NCBI GenBank assembly: GCA_016748015.1
Contig: JAAOMT010000261.1
Span: 198,733 to 262,732 of the forward strand
Origin: Geosiphon pyriformis uo1
Taxonomy: Eukaryota; Fungi; Glomeromycota
Length of the DNA stretch: 64,000 nucleotides
Direction of reading: 5' to 3'
Below are positions 38,779 through 52,979 of this stretch, one piece after another. The stretch's first letter is position 1, and every line of letters begins with the position of its first letter. The translations under genes and the position numbers were made by a program. Below the pieces are notes generated by a model. That model was not told the DNA's origin. It searched no databases and saw only the letters and a list, made by a program, of their open reading frames with translations.

Positions 38779-38991
38779 ATGTTTAATAGTAGTTGTAAAA
38801 ACCAGAATTGGCATTTATACTTGAGAATTTTTCACTAATTAAATAGACGTCACATTTTTCTATTTAATGTTGATCATTTAAATTATACGTCACTTTATGA
38901 GTCATTGCATTTTATTGATATGTTACAAAACAATGATGCATGTGACTTCAAGTTGGTTTTCATCGATATTTTATATTCTACATTCACTACC

Positions 38992-41900
38992 ATGGATTTC
39001 GAACCATTTCCCAGTGTCCGACGCCAATCAGAACAATTCACCTTTACATTACATACTATATGGGATTGGAGTGAAAGCCTTGTTAAAGAATTTGAGGAAA
39101 AATTTAGGTTCAAGTTCACTTTTTTATTAAGTTACTCTTGGTTTTATAGTAGTTTTTGTTTATCACTCTACCAAGAAATCAAAATTGTTTGGGGCTCTAG
39201 TCTATTTAAAATTTATTAACTCAAGTTAAAATGGGTCATGTTTATTATTTAGCGACATCGAAAAAAGATTCCACACAACAATCACCTTTTCAGCCGCTAA
39301 ACAGGTTTATAAGCTATTTCACTATACGATACGTTTTCATCAACACTAACCATTCAAAATAATAAAATTTAATACTTTTTCCCATTATTACATTGGAAGA
39401 TATTCGAATTGAAAGGAACATCTCATGATCAACTGGATGAGGCGTAAGAAGAAAATTTTTTAACATGATGAAAACATCAATACCGGGGAATCTATATTAA
39501 TTCGTAGATCAACATAATACAGGCGTCAGGCTGTTCAAAAGATATTGCTAGATGGAGTAATTATTTCAATAATCTGCTGCTAATTTTATGGATAAAATAT
39601 ATTATACTAAAAAGTTTTATTATTACTAGTCAGCTAAGGCCAAACAAGTTCTCATTGTTCCATCAAGGAGAAGGAAACCCGAAAATTCTTACTCAATGGC
39701 CCCGCTTCAACCTTTAAATTTTCATGATAGTCAAGAACAGTTCAATGAAATCTTGGAAAATGAAGATGATAAAAGATTCAATGATACTTTCATATTTGAT
39801 GATCGTGTCGAGAATCCAGAAGATGTATTAGGGTGGACAGACAGGAAGGCATATCTACCTGTCGATTATTGGGCAGAAATTAGTAAAGAAACTGAAGTTG
39901 AGGGTGACGTAATATTAGAAGAGAGGGCGAGTATCAAATATTACAATAAATGGAATTTTTTATTTTTGGACTTGCTCTTTTATAGATTTTTTATTTGCAC
40001 ATGATAGAAAATTGATATTACCGGAATAAACCCGCGAAATGTTGCGGAAGCTATAAAAAGGCTACAAACGCTTGAAACGCTCTACGTGAGTTTTAGACAG
40101 ATCTTATTTTTATTTTTTTGCCCTATCACAATTTTAAAGTTAAAATGTTTTAACTTTGATTTTCTATCCTGTGTCGATAGCTTCAACCACCCTTTAAGCC
40201 CAAAAAAATACCTCTTGTGCACTATCCCAACCAGAAAGTTTTTTTTAAGCTTCATTTTCATCCGCTTAAGGGACATAAATATTTTAGAAACTATTTCCAG
40301 GTGCCGGCCAAAGATCCTCACGTTTTGGTGGCGGTGACAAAGAATGAAGCAACTGGAGAGTATGATTTACCACCCGAAGTGGAACAGGTCAATCCCAAAG
40401 CTTCAGTCGCAGAGCCCTCAAGAAGCAATATAAAGGAAAAAGGAGTAAGTTACATTCGAAAACTGTCTCCGAATGATAAAAGAAAAGAATGTATCATTAA
40501 TTATAATGTCAAAACAGATCGCTAAACCACAGCGTAATTTCATTGATCAACAAAGTAATTGGCCCCCTATTTCTCAAACTCGAATCGAATCATGGACAAG
40601 ACCCAATATCGAAACCGCGTCGTTTAATGCTTTTCCTTCTGTAGGTGGTAATCGACCACGGCCTCAAGCCATTACTTCCAACGCATCAGCGAGAGCCAAA
40701 CCCTTTTCTAGTTTTGATAAATCGATGCCATCAAGATCAGAATTTTGGAGTGTCGGTTCATTCGAAAAAAAGGATTCAAGTCGACCACCAATTGAAGTAG
40801 TGCCCGTTCAGCAAGGTGAAGCACAGAATAATGAAGCGGGAACGGATCAAATCTTGCGCCTCACCGAAGAACAACGTCTTGCCCGCAAAGATGCTAAAAA
40901 AACAAGACTTGCTGAAATGCGCCGAGCACGTGCCCAAGGAGATGGAAATACAAGTTTCGATTCTGATTTAGTATCCAGTAGCTCTGATATCTATCCCGAA
41001 ACAAGGATTTTAGCAGAAACTGAGGAAGAAAAAAAATCCAAAGGAAAGAACATTAAAGTCCAAGTTAAAAATATCGTTTTGGAGAAAAACCCAAATAGTA
41101 AGGAAGTCGCTGGCCACCAATCCGAAACTTCTCTTACTCACGGGAAACTGTAAGCCCGCTAAGTTTTTTTGGTTAATCCTAATTTGTGATTAATTCATCT
41201 TTTCTGTGTAGAGTAAGAAATTATAATTTTGAGCAAATGAAGAATGTTTTTACTGAAGGGTGATTAACTTTCTTAATAATGAAAGGTAGTATTCTTTAGT
41301 ATTCTTTTCTTTAATCTATCATTGGTATATTATTAGACTCGAACATGCTCGTGCACATAAAGGAGAAATAAAGTTTTATGGACAGTAAGTGTTTCAGATT
41401 GAGCTTGATATATCTTTTTTAATCTTTTAAATATTTGAAAATACATTTTCTAGTTTGGGAAAGGTACTTTTTATACAAGTGCCACCACATGTTACCACAA
41501 AGTATTGGGAATTTACCGATCTAAAAGATGTTTTAATGGGGCAATTAGGCATATCCCCTATGTTCACAGATGTGTAAGTAGTAATATCTCAGTAAGTTAC
41601 AGCCCTCCTGATGGTCTTATAATATTATATGTAAAACGCCTTTAAATATTGTTTCTTTTTTCTGACCTAGGGTCTCAGACGATGCCCGGTTGATAAAACT
41701 GCTCACTGAGATTCTAGCAACTAAGCCCTACTCGAGGTCTTCTTTCTTTGAGATCAACGCAGAAGCACGCAACTCACCTCATGGAAACTACATCCCTGTT
41801 TCTATGTATGTGAATATGGGTTTCGTTTCACTTGAAAAAGTCATGCTACGATGGCAGCGGCTTGTTGATGTCGACTGGAGTGTCTTGGACAGGTTAGAAA

Positions 41901-42546
41901 TTATAATTTATATGATAAGATCCTTGGTAATAATTTTATGCCGCTCAAAGTAATAAACTCATTTTTGTTATAAGAAAATTTGATTTTCAAATGAGTCTGG
42001 CAGTTAGAAAAAGTATCCGCCATGATGTTAAGCCATTCTCGACCTTCATCAAAAAGACGTCGGTCCATCCACCCAGTCGCGTGATTACTTTCGAAAATGT
42101 ACACGACTATTTACATGTGAAATCAATTAATCTTAAGGATGTTACAAGATTTAAGCTCCATTATCCATTTGTTGCCGAATTAACGCTTGTGGAACAGCTG
42201 CCGCTTGTTAAACAGTCTAATTCAAAAAAAGTTCAAGGTAGAACTGGGGATGGAAAACGCTATTATAATTTAGAGGCAAGTGTGCATGGCTGACTTTTCG
42301 TTAAAAGGCCAAACAGACTAAAGATTTTATTCCTTTTCGTAGATCCTTAATGATTTAAATCGTGATGCTTTCAAGAATAATTCTACCCTTCCTGCGGGTC
42401 AAGTCGCGGAATGGACAGTGGATGATATACTTGGGCCTGAACCTCATTTGCCAATACTTGTTGAATTTGTTAAAGCGATGCTTCTCTTGGTTGAACGTTG
42501 TAATAAAGCGGCAGATGAACGAGCTCAGGAACTGGAGAAACAGTGA
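38992..42546 (+). CDS. Multi-exon host gene, uncharacterised protein with two degenerate KH-like repeats, a low-complexity linker and a globular C-terminal domain
   Basis: Exons splice into one frame from MDFEPF.. to ..QELEKQ*; short AT-rich introns; CpG retained. Exon borders called by eye. Confidence 0.75.
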
Positions 42547-42726
42547 CATAATTAAAATAAAGCTGCTCATTTTAAATGTGCTATTCTATTACTATAGTCC
42601 GCTCTTAGATATTCTTCATGACGCATCATTCATCATTTTAAATCAATATCAAATATCGGATATTCATCGTCAAATTTTGTAAAAAAATTTTTGAAACAAA
42701 AGCTCCCCGAACTTTTCTACGTTAAA

Positions 42727-44754
42727 ATGGTCTAATCAAAGATGCCTACTTATTGTTAACACTATTCGTTTGACTAATATTTTTCCTTTTTATTATAGAA
42801 AGTTAAAGTTCTTTCACGTTCAACGGAAGAATATGTGCGTGATAGATCCCATGACCTCCATAAAATAAAACGAAACTTTAATCCAGTTCAACATCCTTTT
42901 GAACAAGCTCGTGAATATACTCGGGCCTTAAACGCAGTTAAGCTTGAACGTCTATTTGCGAAACCCTTCGTTGGGGCCTTGAATGGTCATGCCGACGGCG
43001 TTTATTGTCTGGGTAAACACCCTAATAAGCTATCCACCTTGATTTCGGGTAGTGGTGACGGAGGTAAATCTGATATCTCTTGTTGAAATGAAAAGAACTA
43101 TATTTTAATGAGATTAATCTTTCAGAGATAAGGTTATGGGATTTGGCTCAACAAAAATGTCTTTGGAAAGCAAATGGACATAAGGGTATTGTCAAAGGTA
43201 CTTGTTGCATTCCAAAGGCTGACCGTTACCTATCTTGTGGTGTAGACAAGACCGTCAAATTATGGAATCCAAATGAAATGGACGATGAAGTACTTTTTTA
43301 TTTTTATAAGCACTTTTATTTATCAAATATAATGGTTAATTTTCCTAGTTTATTATAGCCGGTTGAGACTTATCTCGGGAAATTTGCATTCAGGTACGAA
43401 TTCAACGTTAAGCCTTTTCAAGACGCTAAGACTACGCTAAAGTTTCGCATTATCTATCGCTCTTAGTGCGATTGATCACCATCGGTATGATCCAATTTTT
43501 GCCACAGCAGGGTCGCAGATTGATATTTGGGACGAAGCAAGGTCCTCCGAAATGCTTTAGTTTTTGATTATCACTTGTTATCATTTTACTGAGAATCATT
43601 TTTTAAATAGATCAGAACCCGTTAAAACCCTGAAGTGGGGTGAAGATACACTCAATACCGTAAAATTCAATCAAACAGAAGTTAGTATACTGGCCAGTTG
43701 CGGAACTGATCGTTCGATCATTATGTACGATCTTAGGACTAATTCACCCTTGACCAAGTTAATTTTACAGGTTTGTTGAGTTCAACAGGCTTGATACATA
43801 TTGGTAACATTATTTTAACAAACACTGAGAAATTTTCTTCAGATGAAAACAAATGCTATCGCATGGAACCCAATGGAAGCGTTCACTATAGCGGCAGTAA
43901 GTGTATGCTTGGGACAAATTACAGGTCACCTTTCGGAGCATCTAATGGAATTAAATTCAATGGTCTTTCAAGGCGAATGAAGATCAAAATTGCTATATCT
44001 ATGATATGAGGAAAATGGACATTGCATTGAATGTTTTGAAAGACCATGTCGCTGCATTGTGAGTATACTTGATTATAAGGGGAATTAAGAATGAATTAAA
44101 ACTGACTTTCAATTATTATTTTATAGGTTAGATGTAGATTATTCTCCTACGGGTGAAGAAATAGTTACTGGTTCATATGATCGAACATTACGGATATATA
44201 AGGCTCGCGAAGGCCACAGTCGAGATGTTTACCACACAAAACGAATGCAAAGAATATTTTGTGTGAAATATAGTATGGATGCTAAGTTTTTGCTATCCGG
44301 ATCTGATGATGGAAATATAAGATTATGGAAAGCTAAAGCATCCGAAAAATTGGGCATGGTGAGTATTCTTGATTTTTCTTAGTTCTTCTGCACTCTCACC
44401 TAATGTTTATCATATTCTCCAGAAAGATTATCGAGAGCAAGCCTATTTGGCATATTCCGAAAGTCTCAAGGAACGTTATAAAACTCTCCCCGAAATTCGG
44501 CGAATTTCCAGGTTGGCAAGAATTTACTTGATTTTATCATGTTATCACAAATCAAAATTATTATCACAATACAAAATTCATTTGAAAACAGGAATCGTAA
44601 TATACCACAGGAGATCAAAAATGCACAAAAGAAAAAACAAATTATGCTCAATTCGCAGAAAACAAAAGAAGAAAATGTCCGAAAACATTCTAAGAAAGGA
44701 GCTGTTCCTTACCCTGTGGAAAGAAAAAAGAATATTGTTGGAATTGCAAAATAA
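42727..44754 (+). CDS. SOF1: U3 snoRNP/SSU processome WD40 protein Sof1 (DCAF13)
   Basis: M|KVKVLSRS..HPFEQAREYTRALNAVKLERLFAKPF, WD40 repeats, SRDVYHTKRMQR, LSGSDDGNIRLWKA, Sof1 C-terminus. Confidence 0.96.
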
Positions 44755-45516
44755 TAATAATCTGTTATTGTCTAACAAATACAATCTGAAAATGATTTGG
44801 TTTCTCAAGTATACGATGGGGGTGCTTTCTTCTGGTTGATCTCAAGAAAAATGGACAAATATACTAATTTTGGGGTTCAGATGTAGTTACGAACACAGGT
44901 CCGAATGACAAGGGTAAATGTTCATTGCTTTATTTTACTAAGTGTAGATTATACCTTTTTATTTTATATAATTTTGCAACAGATAAAATATAAATAGATA
45001 GCAACCAATAAAATTATTAAGCAAATGATTAGCATAGTACAGATTTGTAATGTTTTTTTGTGTTTTTAATCAGCAGTTATGCAGATATATTTGCCAGTAA
45101 AAACAAATTTGAAAGAATTGATTTGGTGCAACACCAAATTAAAACTGAAAAAGCAGAAGCCAAGAAGCAAAAAGCTTATTGAATTTTACCAGTTAACCAT
45201 AAAATTATTAGACAAAAGATACAATAAATGTTAGATAATAATTTAATTTAATTTTTTATAAGTTTATAATTATTATTAATAATTCTTATACAAAAAAAAA
45301 TGAAAATTTCTGCTTTTTTTATATTATTAAAATTTAAATAGTATTATACATAAAAATAATATTCAATTATAGTAATCAAAAACTGTTTAATGTTTTTAAC
45401 AAAAAAAAAAGATTTTATATTAAACTTAAATAATAAATATTAATAAATATTAATAATCAAAAAAAAATATTTACTATTTAAAATAAAAATTATAAGTTTA
45501 AAATAATATTATTTAA

Positions 45517-48500
45517 TTTTTATTATTATTAAAGTTTAATAAATGTAATCCAATTGCTATCTAATATACAGAACCAAAACTAAAAGTTCTAATTAAATGC
45601 AATTTATGCTTTTTCTATTTGTAATCAGTTACTCAGACCAAGTAAAAACACACTATGTTAATGCTTTAGAAAAAAACTTATTTAAAAAAGATATTTTTTA
45701 AACAATTTTAAATAATATAGCATTATTAAGAACCAAACTTATTAACCAATCAACTGTCTTAAAAATATTAAATTTAACATTAGCCAGTTTATATTTTTAA
45801 AGTAACAATAAATTAAAAAATATATCATTATTAATAATAAACAAATTCACATAAGGACCAGACATGTCAATGTCTATATAATTATATTTATCACTTAGAA
45901 CAACTATATTTCATTTTAGTTTATTTACAGTTTTGCTAAAAGTATTTATATATACTAAAATTTTATTGACTTAAAAACTAAGAACACTGCTTGATACAAG
46001 ATTATCTTTAACAAATTGTTCAAACACAATAATTAATATATCAATAGACTTAGTAATTAATTTGACCAAAACCAATAACTTAACCAAATTAGATTCTAAA
46101 AATTTTAACTAAAAAAAAATCAAAGAATTACCAACAATTACAGAAAGAAAAGCAAAAGCCACCAAAAAAAAAACCCCAAGAGGATTTAGAAGAACAAAAA
46201 TCTTAGCATATTACTTAATAAATATAATAATGAAAATAAAAAGATGATAAAACATGGTTTGAATACCTTGAGAGTTTTAAGGAGAGAGATAAAGAAACTT
46301 TATAGTCTATTGCCAAATAATCTATTTTTTAATACTTAAAACAATACTAACAACCAGAAGTTATCTATTAGATACAGCAGTATATCAGTCTTAAAAACTA
46401 TAGTATTTAAATTAATTTGAAATTCAAACATAATCAAAACAAATTAAAAACAATAACCAAAATTAAAAAAGTAAAAAATAAAACATGTTTGATTACCAAT
46501 CTGAAAAATCATATTATTGATTTTAAAAACAGTACAACCAAAAAAAAAGTTAATCAACTTGGTCTTAAACTTATTATAAAACAGAATAATTTTATTTTAA
46601 TTTATTAAGAAGAAGATTTTAACACTATTTTTACTTATTAAAACTGACTAATAATTTAAAACAGACACAACAAAGCCTATTTTATTAAAGTAAACAACTA
46701 TATATTATTAAACATTAACAGGCTTAGCACAATATAAACAACTTTACCAAATACACTAAAAGCTGTCTTAATATTAACAGCAAATATACTTAAAAACATA
46801 TTATATAACACAACAGCAGCAAAAAAGAAATCAGACTCAGAAACCACCAAAAACTTGACAATTTTAAGAGTGATTAAATAAACAAAGCTCATAAGCTCAA
46901 TTAAAAAAGCAGTTTCTACAAACTCTTAAGAAGCAAACTCTATATAAAAAAGCTTTATATTGTTTTTTGACATTGATTTTACATCTAAAAAACCATATAC
47001 TAACTAAAAAACAGTCTTAATATAAGTCAATTTGATCTTAAAAATAGCATTAGATATTAAAGTAAAGGCTATTTATTTAATAAATTTTTGATAACTAGAA
47101 ATAATTTTTCAAGTACTATTAGCAACAACACCAAAAACCAGTATTACAGATGATTATTTGGGGTTTCAAAACAAATAACAAACCCATAACTTAGTACTCA
47201 ATAGCTAATATGATTGGTAATATCTGAAGGTTTTGGATTGAGTTCTTTGTATAATAGACAGAGATTTATTGGCTAATGTTTGTGGTATTTCTTAAGTAGT
47301 TTTCCCAATTTCTGTTTTCAGCATGATAGCCAGTTTATTCTAACAGTTGTGCCTTTTTGGTAAGTTATCTGTTAATATATATCAAAGTTTTACTCTTATT
47401 GCTGGGTCTTTTATCAGGTTATTCTTAATATTAGTAACTCAGTACTTGATCTTTCAATCAATTAGTAAACAATAAGAAACAAAATAAAATAAATAAAATA
47501 AAGAAAATTAAGCCAAAACAAAAACAATTAGTATCCTATTAATAGCCATGATTAAGAACTATTGTTCCAACATGATTAAGTATTAGATATTATCAATATA
47601 AAGTGTTAAATATTATTAACATAAAGTGTTAATAATGAGAAGTTGAGTCAGATTTTCAATTGAGTAATAATAACATGAATGGTAGAGTAATAAGTATGTT
47701 TTATTTAATATTTGATGATTTTCACTTCTGTTAATAGTAACTATCCTTGAAGTAATGAAATTGAGATAGAAATAAGATTTTTTATTCTGAGTAAAATCTG
47801 TTTTTTCTTGCTTCTAATGCTATTACTATATATACATAATTCTCTTTACATAAGAAATCTTTTTTTCTTTGCTAGATTTTCTAAAACATTCAGGATTTCC
47901 TGAAAAATTCTCAACTTTTCTGAAATATCTTGGATTTTCTGAATAATTCTGGATTTCTTGAAACATCTAGAATTTTCTGAAAAATTCTCTTTTTCTCTTT
48001 TTCTATTCTAATTGGCTAATTTATAGTCATGTATTTTTCTCTTTTTTGATTATGTATTATTTTTCTCTTTTCTAAGTGTAATACCAGTATAAGAAATAAA
48101 TCAGTTTCTATTTGATTAATTCAGTTCTTAAAAACAAGTAATTTAATAAAAGATTATTGTTTTGTTTTTAAAACCAATAATAATTTGCCAAAAAAAACTA
48201 CATTTAGCAATACAGTTAATGATTAATTTTGGCTTATTTTAGATAACTTATTAAATAATACAATAAAAATTTCATCTAAAATCTTATCTAAAACCACAAA
48301 AAGATTTAATGTAACAATAACAAAAGTAAATAACTGCTTCTACTATTTAAAATTCTTGGTTTTTTTGGCTATTTTCAAAAAAGTAGTATTAATAATATTA
48401 AATATAATAGCAATAATTAGAAAACCAACTTGTTAACTAGTCTGTTATTAAAAACTTTTGGACTTTTGATAAGAGTAAAGACAACACTAAAACTAATTCA

Positions 48501-48760
48501 AATATGTCTTTTTAAGAGAACTTTGACTGATAAAAAACCAGTTAAAAATAGAAAAAATGTTTTAACAGTCACTAAAAACAGCTTTTTACTATTATTAGCT
48601 AAAAAAAAGCTTTTAAGATATTTTGTTTAATTGCTTTTACAACAACAAAAAACTTGTTTAGTTATAACTTTATGAAATATTAAAAAAAAGATATTAGTTG
48701 CAGCTTTTTTACTCTTTGTTTTAATCATAATTATAAAATTAAAAAGACAAAGAATTTCTT
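45517..48760 (-). mobile_element. ORF1-only non-LTR retroposon, apparently full length (~2.3 kb without the inserted LTR), decayed
   Basis: ATG 48728 to TAG 45653, then LINE-type 3' tail and A-rich end; colinear with 62270-63176; no endonuclease or RT sequence seen. Confidence 0.7.
47142..48083 (-). mobile_element. Solo LTR related to the E2 LTR
   Basis: Reverse-complement similarity to 28655-29516; TSD CCAG (47138-47141, 48084-48087). Confidence 0.85.
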
Positions 48761-49082
48761 TATTATTTAACTTAATTAATATATAAATATAATATATATA
48801 GGAATATTATAAAAATTAATAATTATTTACTTAAATAATATTAATATATTTTTAATTATATTTAATAAATATTTGTATTATTTGTAATAAGTATTTAAAT
48901 AACCTAAGAATACTAAATAAAAATTTAATATTAACAAATATTTAAAATATATTATTAAAAAAATAAAATTTAAACAAAATAATAAAGATTAAAAAATTTT
49001 TAAAATTAATTAGTTTATAAAAATTGAATATTATTAATAATTTGTTAAAATATTTTTAAATATAATTTAATATTATATTAAC

Positions 49083-51846
49083 TTTTTTTTTATATTTTAA
49101 CAAAATATGTTCAAACATTATTTAATACAATAAACTAAACTAAATAATTTAAATTAAATATAAATCATGTATTTTTTATATATAATTAACTATTTAAATT
49201 AATTAAAATATTAAGCTAAATCAAAAAAAATCAAAAGTAAATTTAGTTTACTAAGTTTTATAATAATATTATTCAAATTTTTAGAATTAAAAAAAAACTT
49301 ACTAAAAAACAATTTAATTTTTTTAATATTACTTCTAACTTTAAAGTTACATATTTATTACAAAGTAATTATACAGTTACATGTTTTTTTACTTAAAGAA
49401 AGTGCTTTAATAATATTAAACTTATTTTTATCTATATTATTAAATTCAACTTTAGTTTTAAGACTAGCAAAGTTTTTAAATATATTAATTAAAAAAAAAC
49501 AAAGTTTTTAAAAGCATTAAGCATAATAAGCAAATTTTTTTTAATTTTGTAATTTTTGTGTATATTTTCAAACAAAAAAAAATAACCAAAATAATCAAGA
49601 AACTAATAAGTTTAATAATAAATTTTATTAAATTAATCAGAATCTTAATTTGTAATTCCAAAAACTTTAATTTAGAATCAAATTTAAGATTAATAATAAA
49701 AACAATTAAAAAGACAACATAAAAAAAAATCAAAAAAGTAAAAACTTTAATATAAAATTTATTCACTAAAAATAACACAAAAAACTTAAAACCAATAAAA
49801 AACTTAACAAATAACTTAAAAAAAGAGGTAAAAATATTATATAATTTTTAAATAAATATTCTAAACTTTAATATTTATAGTAGCAATAATATTTAGAAAT
49901 TTCTTACCAAATATAATATTTGTACAAAGTTTTAATTTTAACTATAGTAAAATATAAAAACTTATAAAAATTAAATATTATAACAATAAAGTATTAATAA
50001 TAATAAAACTTAGATAAATAAAAAATAAAACAGATATAATTACCAATTTAAAAAATTATATTATTGATTTTAAAGACAATATAGCCAAAAAAAATTGATT
50101 AATTTGGTTATAAAAAAATATATTAGGAAAAATATTATAAAATGCAATAAAAATAAAGAAAAAAAAACCAGAAGCTACTACAGAAGTTTTTGTAATCTTA
50201 AGTGTAAAAAGAAAAAACTACTAATTAAAACTTTAATAACTATAGCCAAAAAAAATTTGAAAGCAAAATTTACATAAAATAACTTAATATTGTTTTTTAA
50301 AACTGACTTAAGCCAACAAAATAAAACAACAAATAAAACAAAAAATTAACAAAAGCCAATTTAATCTTAAAAATAAAACCAGACATTAAAGTAGAAACTA
50401 TTTATTTAGAGAATTTTTAAAAATTAGAAATTATTTTTTAAACACTATTAAAAATAGTACCAAAAAACAAAAAAAAAGAAATTGCTTTAATTTCTATTTG
50501 ATTAGTTTGATTTTTAATATTAAATAATTTAATAAATTGTTTTGCTTTTAAGATTAGCAATAATTTATCAAAAAACATCATAGTTAATAATATAATTAGT
50601 AATATTATAGATGATTATTTAAGATATTAAAACAAATAACAAACTCATAATTTGGTATTTAATAATTAATAATACTATTGATAATTTTTTAAATTTGTGA
50701 AATTTTTTGTATAATAGACAGAGATTTATTTGGTAGTTGTTTTTTGAATTTTTTTTTAGTGTAAAGTCTGGTTTAATCTGACAGTTATACTTTTTTGATA
50801 AGCTATTTTTAAGTTTTTATCTTTATTTTATGAGTTTTTTACCAGGTTATTCTTGATATCAATATTTTAATACTTAATTTTTTAATTAATTAGTACACAA
50901 TACAAAACAAAGGAAAGAAAATAAAAGAAAAATAAAAAATAATAATTTTAATCCAATAATAAAAATGACATAAATTAAATGATAAAGCAATAATTTTATT
51001 TGATATTTAGATAATTTTTTTTTAAAATATAAAAAATTATTTTTTAAAGAAAAAAATATGTTATGAATATTTATTGTTAACTAATTAAAAATTTGTTTAA
51101 GTGTAAATTGAATATCTTTCTCACTTTTAATATTATTATTATATATATATAATTCTTATTATACGAAATTTTATATATTTTTATTTTTTTTCTATACTAC
51201 TTTCTAGAATTATGTTTATTTCTAAGCAATATGCCATGATTTTTTGAAAATATGCTCATTTTTTATAAATATACACATTTTTGAAAATGTGTTGTAATTT
51301 TTTGGCAATATGCTTATTTTTTGTAAATATGCACATTCTTAAAAATATGTTTATTTACTGAATATTATTTTTTTATTAGACTATTTTTATAATCTATTTT
51401 TTTTACTTTTTTTTGTATTTTTTTTTATAAGTAACAGTAGTTAATTTTGGCTTATTTTGGAAGATATATTGTTATTATTATTATCTATATCAGAAAAAAA
51501 GCTGATTGTTATTAAAAAAATTTTATTCAAAATTTTATCTAAAATCATAAAAAAATTCAATATAATAATATTAAGATTAATTCAAATATGTCTTTTGAAA
51601 AAAAACTTTGATTGAGAAAAAACCACTAGTTAAAGATAAAAAAATGGTTTAAAAATTATTAAAGACAGCTTTTTACTACTAATATTTAAAAAAAATATAG
51701 CCAAAACATTTTATTTAACTACTTTAATAATAAAAAAACACTTTTTAATTAAAATTTTATTAATTACTATAAAAAAAGTAATGTTTAAACTTTTTTTATT
51801 TTTTGTTTTAGTTATAGTTATAAAAATAAAAGAGAAAAAAGGTTTT
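49083..51846 (-). mobile_element. Second, more decayed ORF1-only retroposon (related subfamily)
   Basis: Blocks colinear with 46400-48760; decayed 3' tail at 49083-49215. Confidence 0.55.
50603..51436 (-). mobile_element. Solo LTR related to the E2 LTR, heavily decayed
   Basis: Start matches 47142 onward; ends GTAACA; flanks GTAA/GTAG; host element continuous across it. Confidence 0.72.
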
Positions 51847-51849
51847 TTT

Positions 51850-52945
51850 AAAATTTTTTTATATTAGTTATTGATTAAAAATTTAATATATAAATAAACA
51901 AAAAAACAATTTAATTATTTAAAATATTATTTAATAAAAGCTTTAATAAAAAATTTATAGTAATATTAATATATTTAAAATAATATTTAAAGTTATTTAT
52001 TTATTTTTTATTAACGCGTTTAACGAGTGTAGTCCAAGTTATTTATTATATATTAAATTAAATAATTAAGAATATTTAATAATATATGCTAATAAAAGCT
52101 TAAATATAATTAAAAAAATCATAAAACCATTAAATTAAATTATTTAATAATATATTAAATAGTTTTAAATTGAAAATATTATTTTTGCCAACTATTTAAT
52201 TTATATATTAACTATAAAAATTAATATTATTTTAAAAATTATTACTAAAAAAAATATTTACAATAAAATAATGTATTATAACAATTTAAATTCAAAATAC
52301 ATTATAAAAAAGACCAATATTAACAATTTATTAAGAATAAAACAAACATAAATCATATTTAATAAACAGAAAAATAAATAAATAATTATATTAATATTTA
52401 TATTAATATTCATTAATATTTTAATTTAAAAAAAATTATTTAAAAAAAACAAAAAAGAATTTAAATCAAGTTAAAAACTATTTTATTTAAAACAATATAT
52501 TATATTAACAAATTTAATAAAATTAAAGCAATTATTAAAAATAAAAACAATTTTGTTTAATATATATTTAAATTTAATAACAGATAAATTTATTAAAAAA
52601 CAATTATAAAAAAATAAAAAAACATTATTATTAGTTATTTGTGTATTAAAATATAGTTTAATATATAAAAAGTTATAATTTATACCAAAAAATTAATATT
52701 AAAACTATAAAACCATTAAAACCAACTATTGTTAATTACTATTAAAAACAACTAATATATTATAAAAATAATGATTTATTTTACCAAATAGTTAAAAATA
52801 AAAATAAATAAAAAACAAACTCAAACTTAATAAGATTAAAAATTAATTTATTAATATAAGTGTTTAAAAAAGTTATTATTAGACCAAAAAATATATTTTA
52901 TAAATAATATATTAACAAAATACGCCAAAAATTTAAAGTAAAAAG

Positions 52946-52979
<34 letters not shown>

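Noticed and set aside
42680-42695. RRPE-like AAAAATTTT upstream of SOF1
   Set aside because: Too common in this AT-rich sequence to support.
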